In this document: positions 51,361 through 60,398 of the stretch, piece after piece | Position numbering within the stretch: position 1 is the stretch's first letter | How the letters are laid out: each line of letters starts with the position of its first letter | NCBI GenBank assembly: GCA_963664435.2 | Contig: CAXXKM010000001.1 | Coordinates: 1,472,001-1,536,000 of the forward strand | DNA from: Longimicrobiales bacterium | Lineage (GTDB): Bacteria; Gemmatimonadota; Gemmatimonadetes; Longimicrobiales; Gaopeijiaceae | Direction of reading: 5' to 3' | Length of the DNA: 64,000 bases | Translations under genes and position numbers: made by a program | The notes under the pieces: generated by a model | What the model saw: only the letters and a program-made list of their open reading frames with translations | What the model was told of the DNA's origin: nothing | Databases searched by the model: none

Positions 51361-51933
51361 ATGAGCAAACGCGTGACTCTCTTGCTGGCTCTGGCGCTGC
51401 AAACCTGCTCCGTCCTCGATCCCGAAGACCGGTCCACCTTCAGGATCGAATTGGGGGGAGACGGGACCCGTAGAGGCCCGGACGACGGCGAGGTTATCCA
51501 TATCAATAACTCGCCGGACGACCTGCGCGGGATGGCAGGCCTCGAAATCGAACTCGTCGGCATCGACGGCCTTCCCTCCACGATGACAGGTACTGACTTC
51601 CGAGAGGGGCGCGAATGGGAGACCGATGTCCCGTCGTCCGGCACTGTCGGCTTCACGGCGAGGCTCCTAGATGGCGAGGGTCGCCTCGTCGCCGAGATTG
51701 CCGGTTCGTGGAACCTTGAGGCGGAGAGCAGTTGGAGGCTCCGAATAGAGCGCATGACGGAGCGTAGCGGGGACCAGGAGAATCGGTGCCCGGACCCATG
51801 GGACAGGTGTCACCGTCTATGGGAGGCCCCGATCCGAGAAGACGTGCGAAACTACCCATCGGAAACTCTGTGGGCCACGCTCTTCCGCGTCTCAACGGAA
51901 TACTCCTGCCCGAAGGGTGTCCTCTGCATGTGA
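51361..51933 (+). CDS. hypothetical lipoprotein, Cys-rich C-terminus (paralog B)
   Basis: Signal peptide ending LQTC; shared NS.DD..G.AG.E.E and I.ED..NYP.ETLW motifs. Confidence 0.72.
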   Translation: MSKRVTLLLALALQTCSVLDPEDRSTFRIELGGDGTRRGPDDGEVIHINNSPDDLRGMAGLEIELVGIDGLPSTMTGTDFREGREWETDVPSSGTVGFTARLLDGEGRLVAEIAGSWNLEAESSWRLRIERMTERSGDQENRCPDPWDRCHRLWEAPIREDVRNYPSETLWATLFRVSTEYSCPKGVLCM

Positions 51934-52140
51934 CCAAGCACAGTCCCCCGCCGGCCCTTGGCCCCGGCCGTGCCGGACGGACTTGTGGGTCGGCAGCCCG
52001 ACGTAGCCGTAGGCGAGCACCGACGGGGGCGTTCGACAAGCCGTTGGCCGCGGCCTTCCTCGGCTCCCGTACGCCCCCGGACAACCTCGAACGAGCGATT
52101 GGCACCGGGCGGTCCGCAAAGCACGCCTTGAGATGTCACT

Positions 52141-52250
52141 GGCATCTTCATCTGCGGCACCGGGATCATCCACTTCCCGCCGCCCATGTCGAAGTCCTCT
52201 CAGCGTCCGGGCCTCGGACTCGCATGCGCGGCCAGCCAAGATGAACCCCT
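52141..52250 (-). pseudogene. degenerate tyrosine integrase fragment (P4/IntA-like box I region)
   Basis: Across frames: FIL...VRG...R*EDFDMGGGKWMIPVPQMKM, resembling EVRGARW.E.D....W.IP..RMK. Confidence 0.4.
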
Positions 52251-52682
52251 TTGCGGAGCAGATCCGGAGAGTATTGCCCTTTGGGTCACCGAAGCGTGAA
52301 AGGCAGCACGATCGAACGAGCCGAAACACCGGAGGAGACGCACGTAGTCAGGTTCATCCACCCCACTGCGTAACTGATGCCCGTGCCTACCCCTGGCCCA
52401 TCGATGGCGCAAGCGATCTCCTCCTCCAGTACGTCGGTGGCACAAGCGACCGCCCGGCCCTCGACTGCGGAAGCGGAGATGAAGTGGCTGGCAGAATGGG
52501 GGGTCGGAAACGCGAATCCGCGCAGCCGTTCAGCTGACGCCGGGCCCCGGGCCCGGGATGACCCTCGCGTCAGAACGGCCACGCCGCCAGGTCGGCGCCA
52601 ACGCGGACGAACGACTGCCTCGGCATGGTTCCCGACGGGCTGACGAACCCGGCCTCCGGCCGTGCTCCCGCCGCTCGAGTTT

Positions 52683-52749
52683 CCGCGGGAACGTCGGCCG
52701 TGGGAACGTCGGCCGCGAGAACGTCGGCCGCGGAAACGTCGGCCGCGGG
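52683..52749. repeat. 15-bp tandem repeat x4 just downstream of the TonB receptor stop
   Basis: ccgygrraacgtcgg units in direct tandem. Confidence 0.85.
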
Positions 52750-52752
52750 CCG

Positions 52753-55700
52753 CTAGAACACCCTGTACGTCGCCGACAGCTTGACGCGGCGGCCCTTGGC
52801 GCTGTGGGTGAAGCCGTCGAAGGACTGTTCCCACTTCACGTAGGGCGGAGCGACATCGAGCAGATTCAGCAGCGAGAGCGAGATCCCCAGCCCCCTCGAG
52901 GGACGCCAGAGCCCGGTCGCGTCCAGCGTCACGAAGCTGCCGATGTCCTCGTACTCGCTTCCCTCTTCGTCGTGGTCCTTGTAGGACGAGATGTAGTTGA
53001 TGTACCCGACCACACTGTAGTCCGACCAGCCGTAGCTTCCGAACAGTCTCGCCTTCAGGCTCGGGAGGGGTGGAGCGATGGGGTTGTACTTGTTCAGGCG
53101 CCCGGCGCCTTCCGAATCAGGCGCGATGTCGACACCGCCGACGTTTACCGCCTCGATCGAGTACTTGTTGGTGTACGTCGCCTCGAGTCCGGCGTTGAAG
53201 ATGCCCTCTCCGGCCTGGGAACGAGCGTTCAGCTGAAAGTCGAAGCCGGAGGTCTTTACGCCGGGCCAGTTGATGAGGTCGACGTGGATGCGTTCGATGC
53301 CCGTGACGTCGCAGGTGCCGGTGCCGCGCCCGTCCGAACAGGTGACGTACTGCTTGATCGCGTCCCTGGCGCCGCCGCCCTCGTGGTATAGCCGGGTGAT
53401 GGCGTTGTAGGGCACCACCGCGATCACGTCCTTGAAGTCGTAGCTCCAGTAGTCGGCGGTGAACTGAACCGGGACGAAGCCCGATTCGTCGGCGATCGAC
53501 AGGACGAAGCCGGCGTTGTAGGTGAACGCCTGCTCGGGCGCGAGGTCCTCGCTCCCGTAGGTGTCGACCGCCTTGTAGACGCCCGCCTCGTTCACGTACG
53601 CGAGCGCGGTCGTGCGGTCCTCGTTCAGGTCGTCGACCGAGGGCGTGCGGAAGGTGGTCTGCAGCGAACCGCGCAGCGCGAACTGGTCGGTTATGTCGTA
53701 GCGAATCGCCACCTTCGGGTTGAAGCTGCTGGCCACGCTGTAGAACTCGTAGTTGGCGGCCAGCTGCACGTGCAGGCGCTCGTCCGCCAGGTGCAGGGGG
53801 AGCTCGCCGAAGAACCGGTGCACCGTCTGGCTGGCCTCGTAGGGGTAGACCCCGGTGGTGAATGTGAACGGGCCGGCCTTCTCCAGGCAGGCGCGGCTGC
53901 CGAGCACCGAGCACGGGTTCTGGTTCAGGTTGCCGGCTGCGTTCGGGTTCGCCGAGACGTCGAACCAGCGGAACTGGTATCCCAAAGCGTAGTTCTCGGC
54001 CGCGCCGCTGCTTCCCGTGAAGGTCGCGTCGGCGACCAGCATGTCGGCGGCACTCTCGACATCGACCTCTTCGTTGATCCAGGCGAGCAGCTCGGGGTCG
54101 TTCGCCAGCCCCGGTGAGAAGTCGGGGTTGGCCTCGGTGAGGAAACGCGCGCCCGGTTGCTGCGAGTACTGGAGGGCGTTGCTGAACGGATTGTAGAACT
54201 GGCAGTTGCCCTGGCCCGCCATGCTTCCCCCGGTGGGCCCCAGCGCCATGCCCGAGGGCGAGCCGGGATCCGCGACCACATCCACCCCGCAATCGGGTCC
54301 GCCGTAGCCGCGGAAGGCGAGGAACTTGCGGTAGGCGTATTCGGCGGGCTGGTTCACGTTGCCCGAGGAGCGGGAGTAGCTGACGGCGACGTTCAGCCGG
54401 TTGTCGTGCCCCTCGAGGGCATCGAGTCCCCGATCCCAGGAGGCGGACACCCGCTGGGTCCGCGAATTCCGCTCGAGCGTCCGGCCGGGCCCGGAGTGCC
54501 CCACCAGCCGTCCGAAGAAGTACCAGTCGTTCTGCAGGCACTCGGCGCTGGACATGAACCCCGCGCTGGCTGCGTGCTGCCCGCAGAAGGCCTGCCGCCC
54601 CGGGTTCTCCGAGGGGACGACCTGCAGCCCGTCGTAGGGGCTGATGGGCGGGAACGAAGGCGTCGTCACCCAGGCCGGCGTCGATGCCTCGGCCCAGAGG
54701 CCCTCGATGTGGTAGCTGGAGTTGTCACCGACCTCCCCGTTGATTTCGGCGAAGGCGCGGAAGTGGTTGTTCTGCTCCAGCAGGTTGTCCCAGGGCTGGT
54801 AGCGGAACCGGCAGGTGTAGGTTTCGAGGTAGCCGCCGAAGTCGAGGCAGCGCGGATCGATGAAGATGTCGTCGTCCGAGAAGTGCGCGCCCGACAGGGT
54901 TGCAACCAGGTCTTCGGCGCTCTCCATGCCGGTCGTGTGTGGCGTGAGGAACGCGCCCGGGTTGCCGGTCCAGGACCATGCGCCGGCGCCCGCCTCGTAG
55001 TCGTGCAGCGCCCAGTCCCGCTCCTCCGGAGTCAGCTGCTGGCGGGTCAGCCATTCGGCGGAGAGAACCGCGTGCGCGCGCTCGCCCAGCCGCCGTCCCA
55101 CGATCCCTCCCACGTTGGTGTCGCCCGCGCCGGCGAAGTACTCGTGCGAGGCGGTCACCTCCGTCCCCTCGAAGTCGCCGCGGGTGAGAAAGTTGGCGAC
55201 CCCGGCCACGGCGTCCGATCCGTAGATGGCGGACGCACCCTCCTTCAGGACCTCGATGCGGTCGATGGCGATGGACGGAAAGGAGTTGATGTCGACATAC
55301 CGTCCGCCGATGAGGCGGGCCGGGAGATAGACCTGGCGCCGGCCGTTCAGCAGCACGAGAGTCCGCGACGCCCCCAGCCCGCGCAGGTTCACGTTGGCCA
55401 CGGTCTCCGGGACGGCGGCGACTTCGTTGGCGTTGTACCAGCTCTGCCGCTCGCCGACCACTCCGTGGCTGACGCCGAGCGCCTTGAAGAACTCGGTCAC
55501 GAGCGGAAAGCCTTGTTCCTCCAGCTTGCGGCGGGCCGCCACCGCCACCGAGTAGGGCAGCTCCGTGGCCGCGGTCTCCGCGCTGGTGCCGGTCACCACC
55601 ACCTCGTCGAGCTCGAGGGCGGTGAAGCTCAGCCGCAGGTCGACGGTGGTGGCCTCCCCGGGAGCCACGGTGACCCCTTCGGTCGCCGCCAGGTAGCCGA

Positions 55701-55956
55701 GGATGTTGGTGGAGAGCTGGTGCGCTCCGGCCGGCACGTCCTGGATCGAGTACCGCCCCTCCTCGTCCGTTACCCCCCCGATGCCCAGCGCCTCGATAAA
55801 GACCTGTACGCCCGCGATGGGCTCGTCGTCGGCGTCGTCGACAACGGTTCCCTCGATGGTGCCGGGGGCTTGCCCCAGGGCCGGACTTGCGGATAGAGCG
55901 GCCAACAGCGCCGGTACGCACCACACACGCGAAAATCGTGAGAACCACCTGTCCAT
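52753..55956 (-). CDS. TonB-dependent receptor with CarboxypepD-like N-terminal domain
   Basis: EVVVTG TonB-box-like, NLRGLGASRTLVLLNGRR, IDRIEVLKEGASAIYGSDAVAGV, terminal F. Confidence 0.93.
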   Translation of the reverse strand: MDRWFSRFSRVWCVPALLAALSASPALGQAPGTIEGTVVDDADDEPIAGVQVFIEALGIGGVTDEEGRYSIQDVPAGAHQLSTNILGYLAATEGVTVAPGEATTVDLRLSFTALELDEVVVTGTSAETAATELPYSVAVAARRKLEEQGFPLVTEFFKALGVSHGVVGERQSWYNANEVAAVPETVANVNLRGLGASRTLVLLNGRRQVYLPARLIGGRYVDINSFPSIAIDRIEVLKEGASAIYGSDAVAGVANFLTRGDFEGTEVTASHEYFAGAGDTNVGGIVGRRLGERAHAVLSAEWLTRQQLTPEERDWALHDYEAGAGAWSWTGNPGAFLTPHTTGMESAEDLVATLSGAHFSDDDIFIDPRCLDFGGYLETYTCRFRYQPWDNLLEQNNHFRAFAEINGEVGDNSSYHIEGLWAEASTPAWVTTPSFPPISPYDGLQVVPSENPGRQAFCGQHAASAGFMSSAECLQNDWYFFGRLVGHSGPGRTLERNSRTQRVSASWDRGLDALEGHDNRLNVAVSYSRSSGNVNQPAEYAYRKFLAFRGYGGPDCGVDVVADPGSPSGMALGPTGGSMAGQGNCQFYNPFSNALQYSQQPGARFLTEANPDFSPGLANDPELLAWINEEVDVESAADMLVADATFTGSSGAAENYALGYQFRWFDVSANPNAAGNLNQNPCSVLGSRACLEKAGPFTFTTGVYPYEASQTVHRFFGELPLHLADERLHVQLAANYEFYSVASSFNPKVAIRYDITDQFALRGSLQTTFRTPSVDDLNEDRTTALAYVNEAGVYKAVDTYGSEDLAPEQAFTYNAGFVLSIADESGFVPVQFTADYWSYDFKDVIAVVPYNAITRLYHEGGGARDAIKQYVTCSDGRGTGTCDVTGIERIHVDLINWPGVKTSGFDFQLNARSQAGEGIFNAGLEATYTNKYSIEAVNVGGVDIAPDSEGAGRLNKYNPIAPPLPSLKARLFGSYGWSDYSVVGYINYISSYKDHDEEGSEYEDIGSFVTLDATGLWRPSRGLGISLSLLNLLDVAPPYVKWEQSFDGFTHSAKGRRVKLSATYRVF

Positions 55957-56095
55957 TCCCGGCCTCCTCCGTCTCGGAGCGATGTCACATCTCGCCTTGG
56001 AGCGACGTTCGCTGCCCCGCAGCGATGTCCTGGCCTGGACTGGCGAGCTTACGCTCGGCTACGGGAATGTCGCAAACAAACGTCGTTTTCGTCGC

Positions 56096-56105
56096 TGTTT
56101 AAACA
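56096..56105. promoter_or_regulatory. palindrome TGTTTAAACA upstream of the TonB receptor
   Basis: Perfect 10-bp AT-rich palindrome about 140 bp before the ATG. Confidence 0.4.
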
Positions 56106-56171
56106 CAAGATAGTGCCCGGCGCCGTGGAGGGCACTAGGGCGCCGGTAAGCTCCTCGAGCAGCTGGTACCG

Positions 56172-56579
56172 CTACCGGTTGGCTTCGATCACCACCCGTT
56201 CCAGGGACTCGCGGGCGACGCCGAGCTCGACTTCGCCGGGGGGCAGGCCGTTCAGCTGCAGGATGTAGGCGATGACGTCGGCGTACTGCTGAGGAGGGAG
56301 CGAACCCGGCTGGTCTTCCGGCATGAGCGAGTAGATGTCGTCGTAGAGCGCCGCCACGCTGGCGCCGGCCCAGGAGCGGATGAAGGCGCCGACGAACTCC
56401 TCGTCGTCGTGGCACTCGCGGCAGACATCCTCGATGACCTCGGCGCCGCGCAACGCCTGCTCTTCGGTGTAGACGCCGTCGAGGGTGGTGAGCCTCTCTT
56501 CGGTCTGGCCGACGGCGGGCCGGGCCGCCGCCAGGCAAAGCAGCACTGTGGTTGCAAAGAGTGCTCCGGTCCGTTTCAT
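56172..56579 (-). CDS. monoheme cytochrome c
   Basis: Signal peptide, GVYTEEQA.RG, CRECH, distal MP, YILQLNG. Confidence 0.87.
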   Translation of the reverse strand: MKRTGALFATTVLLCLAAARPAVGQTEERLTTLDGVYTEEQALRGAEVIEDVCRECHDDEEFVGAFIRSWAGASVAALYDDIYSLMPEDQPGSLPPQQYADVIAYILQLNGLPPGEVELGVARESLERVVIEANR

Positions 56580-56832
56580 ATCTCGCCCCCGCGATGCTCG
56601 ATGTTGATTCAGCACAGAACTTTAACGTCGTATCGCGGGCTCCTGCCGGTCAAGGCTCGCCGGCCGGGTCTCCCGCTCCGTTCAACCCGGCCGGCCACTC
56701 CGGTTCATGCGCCCGGTCGAAACGACCATCAAGGCGGCCCGTAAACGGAAACTGATTAGTATTGTCGTCACGGTGAACGCCGGCTCGGATTCCGGGGACC
56801 GGCACGCCATCCATGACCGGAGAGGGGCTCCC

Positions 56833-57294
56833 TTGGAAATCGCGGTCCTGTCCTCGGCGTTCGCGGCCTCCGTGGCCAGCGGGCTGGTGCCGTTCGTGAA
56901 CGCGGAAGTGGTAGTGGCGGCGGCGGCTGTCGCGGTACCCGGGCCCCAGGTGTGGCTGGTGGTCACGGTGTGTTCGCTGGGCCAGATGATCGCCAAGGCC
57001 GCGCTCTACGCGTTGGCCCGCTGGCTGCCCCAGAAGCTGCCGGCCCGGGCGACGCGCCACCTCGAGCGGGCTTCCGAAAAGACCAGGCGACTCGAGCAGG
57101 CCGGATGGACACTGATTCTGGTCAGCGCATTCGTGGGGCTGCCGCCCTTCTACGTGATCTCGCTGGCGGCGGGTATCGTGCGCACCAACTTCGCCGCATT
57201 CCTGGCGCTGGGCTTCGCGGGCCGCTGGGCACGATTCGCCATCCTGGCGTACGGGGCGGCCGCCGCGGGCGGGGCGATCCAGGGGGGAATGTGA
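56833..57294 (+). CDS. YqaA/VTT (DedA-like) membrane protein
   Basis: GLVPFVNAE, GQMIAK, SAFVGLPPFY, GRWARF; TTG start after AGAGGGG. Confidence 0.72.
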   Translation: MEIAVLSSAFAASVASGLVPFVNAEVVVAAAAVAVPGPQVWLVVTVCSLGQMIAKAALYALARWLPQKLPARATRHLERASEKTRRLEQAGWTLILVSAFVGLPPFYVISLAAGIVRTNFAAFLALGFAGRWARFAILAYGAAAAGGAIQGGM

Positions 57295-58094
57295 GCGCCT
57301 CGGCGGACATGGAGCGGGCGCGACGGCTCGTGCGGGGGGCGGGGCGGGTGGTCGCGCTCACCGGCGCGGGCATCTCGGCCGAGTCGGGCGTGCCCACCTT
57401 CCGCGACGCGGGCGGGCTGTGGCGCAACTTCCGGCCGGAGGAACTCGCCACCCCGCAGGCGTTCGCGCGCGACCCGCGCACCGCGTGGGAGTGGTACGAC
57501 TGGCGACGGTCGGTGCTGGCCGGGTGCGCTCCCAACCCGGGGCACCGCGCGCTGGCGCGCTTCTTCCTCGGGCGCGGCGCGGCCGGGCTGGTGACCCAGA
57601 ACGTGGACGGGCTGCACACCCGCGCGGCGCTGGAGGCGGCGGCGGGGCGGTCGGGGCCGGAGCCGGGGCAGGCGGAGGCGGCGGCGGGCCCGGCGGAGGC
57701 GGCAAGAGCGGCGCTTCCGGTCGAGCTGCACGGGGCGGTCGGGCGGGACCGCTGCAACCGCTGCGAGGCGCGCTTCCCCGCCGAGCCCCTGGGCGACGCA
57801 CTGCCCCGGTGCGACTCATGCGGTGGCCTGCGCCGCCCGGACGTGGTGCTCTTCGGCGAGTCGCTGGAGGGGGACGTGCTGGCCCGCGCCTATTCGTTGG
57901 CCGAGCGCGCCGACCTCTGCCTGGTGGTGGGCACCAGCGCGGTGGTGTACCCGGCGGCGGCGATCCCGCTGGCGACTCTGGAGGCCGGTGGCAGCCTCAT
58001 CGAAGTGAACCTGGAGGACACCCCGCTCACGCGATCCGCCACGGTGGCGCTGCGGGGGGCGGTGGGGGAGGTGCTCCCGGCCCTGCTGGGCTGA
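57291..58094 (+). CDS. cobB: NAD-dependent protein deacylase (class III sirtuin)
   Basis: TGAGISAESGVPTFR, WYDWRR, TQNVDGLH, ELHG, CxxC...CxxC, RPDVVLFGE, VGTS.VVYPAA. Confidence 0.92.
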   Translation: MSASADMERARRLVRGAGRVVALTGAGISAESGVPTFRDAGGLWRNFRPEELATPQAFARDPRTAWEWYDWRRSVLAGCAPNPGHRALARFFLGRGAAGLVTQNVDGLHTRAALEAAAGRSGPEPGQAEAAAGPAEAARAALPVELHGAVGRDRCNRCEARFPAEPLGDALPRCDSCGGLRRPDVVLFGESLEGDVLARAYSLAERADLCLVVGTSAVVYPAAAIPLATLEAGGSLIEVNLEDTPLTRSATVALRGAVGEVLPALLG

Positions 58095-58127
58095 GAGCAC
58101 CTCCGGCGCGCCGGGCCGGGATGGCGT

Positions 58128-60200
58128 CTACCGGCGACCCGGGGTCACGGAGAGCAGCGGTGACTCGCCCACGACCCGGGGCGAGGCCTCCCGCAACACG
58201 CCGACATCCCTTGTGACGTCAATTGGGACCACCGCGCGCGATCTGTAATCACCGGTGGTGGAACTGCCTTCGACCGGGACGCCGTTGACTTCGATCCAGT
58301 CAAACAGGCCGGTGTTGACATTGCTCGTCTCGTCCTCGCTTTCTGCCAGAACGTCCCGGAGATTGATCATCCAGAGACCCACTCCCGCGAGATCGGTCGG
58401 GAACCAGTCCGGTAGGTTATTGAATTCGAGAATCGCTTCATCCCCGGCGAGTACCCGCAATCGGATTCCAGTCAGGTCAACCGTGATTCGGGTCAACTCC
58501 GCGCTGGCTGTGTTGATGAGCTCCGAGACGCCGTAGGCGCCGTCGATATAGTACCAGCCTGCACCTTGGCTCCCCTCTGTATCGTAGATTGCGAAGCGAT
58601 AGTTTGTCGGCACGGGGCCATCGTTGAAATTCAGAGTCCAGTCGCCGATGCCTACCCGGAAGGCCTGGATTCTTGCATCACCCGTCGAGAAGACCAGCGC
58701 CGTGGATGCGCTATCGCTCGCTTGACCCATGCTGACACCTACCTCCCAACTTGTGATCGATGCACTGATTATGTGCTCGGCTGCTGCCAACAGCGTCGAG
58801 TCGGTATCCGACAAGCGCAAAGTCCCGTCCGACACTTCGGCCTGAGAGCCCTCGGTGTCCCAGTCGGAAAGGCTGCTGTCGTCCTCGAAGTCGTCGCGGA
58901 AGATGGCTTGCGCGGTGTCGATCACCGTGAGATCGAAACTGGTTGACGCCGAAAGCCCACCCGGATCGGTCGCCGTGACCGTGCCGGTGGTCGCCCCGAT
59001 CGTGAGGGCCGAAACTCGTACGACACTCCCGGTTACGGTGGCGCTCGCCACGCTCGAATCGGCCATCTCGGCAGAGTAGGTCAACGCGTCGCCGTCCGGG
59101 TCGGTGAAGAGCGGAGAGTCGCCCTCCAAGTCCAATGTCCCCGAAGTCCCCACGGTCAGCCTCGAGGGTCGAATCGTCCCTTCCACCTCAGGGGCCTGGT
59201 TTACCCGCTCGATCACCGTGACGGTACCGCTCAGCGAAGCCGTCAGGCCGTACGGATCCGTCGCCGTGACCGTCACCGTGGCCGTCCCGATGGCCACCGC
59301 GGTTACCGTCAGCGTCCCGCCTGATACGGAGACGGTCGCCACTCCGGCATCGTCCGATTCCGCCTCGTAGGTCAGTGCCTGTCCGTTCGGGTCGGTGAAG
59401 TACTGGGCGATATTCACCGTCTCGGAATTGCGCTCCTGAATGCTCTGAGAGGAAAGCGAGTCCCGGGTGGCTTCGGGCGGCAGGTTGGGCTCGACCGTCA
59501 CGGGTACGCTGAGGGAGCCGGACAGGCCGTCCGGGTCGGTCGCCGTGACCGTGAGCGTCGTCGATCCGGCACCCACCGCCGCGGCAGACACCACGGCGCC
59601 TGCCACGGTCACCGTGGCCACGGACGCGTTGGCGCTGGTCGCGGCGTAGGTCAGCGCGTCGCCGTCCGGGTCGGTGAAGAACGGCGACATGTCGACGTTG
59701 AGGGTGTCGCCCACGATGGCAGTCTGCGCGGGCGCGACCGGCACGGCCGGCACCGGCGCCCGGTTGGGCTCCATCACCGTCACGTTGGCGCCGGCCGCGA
59801 CGGAGAGCCCCGCGGGGTCGCGGGCGGTCACGGTGACCGTGGCGCTGCCGGCGGCCACGGCCGTGATGGTCAGGTCGGTGCCCGACAGCGCGACGCTCGC
59901 CACGCCCGCGTTGGAGGAGATCGCGGTAAAGGTCAGGGGATCGCCGTCGGGGTCGCTGAAGAGACCGCCCACGCTCACCGTAACCGACTCGCCCGCCGTC
60001 ATGTTCTGGGCCGGAATCGAGCCCGACGCCGCCGGCGGGCGGTTGGGCTGGGGCGCCGGCTCGGGGTCGGTTGTGCCTCCGTCTCCGCCGCAAGCGGCGG
60101 CCCAGATCACGGCCAGCAGAGCCAGCGGACGGACGAAGCGTCCCCGGAGAACTCCGGACGGCTGAACACCCGAATGAGTTGGGACACGTGAGCCTGTCAT
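58128..60200 (-). CDS. surface lipoprotein with four cadherin-like/Ig repeats and a C-terminal beta-sandwich-like domain
   Basis: AAC lipobox; four N..P...F.DP.G..LT....VTATDP.GL repeats; FRDDF starts the terminal domain. Confidence 0.82.
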   Translation of the reverse strand: MTGSRVPTHSGVQPSGVLRGRFVRPLALLAVIWAAACGGDGGTTDPEPAPQPNRPPAASGSIPAQNMTAGESVTVSVGGLFSDPDGDPLTFTAISSNAGVASVALSGTDLTITAVAAGSATVTVTARDPAGLSVAAGANVTVMEPNRAPVPAVPVAPAQTAIVGDTLNVDMSPFFTDPDGDALTYAATSANASVATVTVAGAVVSAAAVGAGSTTLTVTATDPDGLSGSLSVPVTVEPNLPPEATRDSLSSQSIQERNSETVNIAQYFTDPNGQALTYEAESDDAGVATVSVSGGTLTVTAVAIGTATVTVTATDPYGLTASLSGTVTVIERVNQAPEVEGTIRPSRLTVGTSGTLDLEGDSPLFTDPDGDALTYSAEMADSSVASATVTGSVVRVSALTIGATTGTVTATDPGGLSASTSFDLTVIDTAQAIFRDDFEDDSSLSDWDTEGSQAEVSDGTLRLSDTDSTLLAAAEHIISASITSWEVGVSMGQASDSASTALVFSTGDARIQAFRVGIGDWTLNFNDGPVPTNYRFAIYDTEGSQGAGWYYIDGAYGVSELINTASAELTRITVDLTGIRLRVLAGDEAILEFNNLPDWFPTDLAGVGLWMINLRDVLAESEDETSNVNTGLFDWIEVNGVPVEGSSTTGDYRSRAVVPIDVTRDVGVLREASPRVVGESPLLSVTPGRR

Positions 60201-60398
60201 CACCGCATGCCTTGTTGGAGTGGCTGGAAGTTCTCGTTCATGCCGGCAAAGCCGGCGGTCCGGGTGCAACATCGTGGCAGCGTCCCTGAAAAGGGAAGCG
60301 GTTGTCGTCCAGCGCGATCGCACGCCCGAGCGACGTCATCCGCATATCCGGCCAGCGTCATCGCAACCCGGCCAGCGTTGCCGCGCACCCCGCCGGCG

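Noticed and set aside
49166..51933. Integron cassette array
   Set aside because: No convincing paired RYYYAAC/GTTRRRY attC sites between the genes and no intI.
55957..56170. Cobalamin or TPP riboswitch ahead of the TonB receptor
   Set aside because: Conserved riboswitch core motifs were not recognisable by eye; an Infernal/Rfam scan would settle it.
57291..58094. Sir2 as an anti-phage effector (Thoeris/DSR type)
   Set aside because: Stand-alone CobB-type deacylase with zinc-binding cysteines and YxxR, in housekeeping context with no partner genes.
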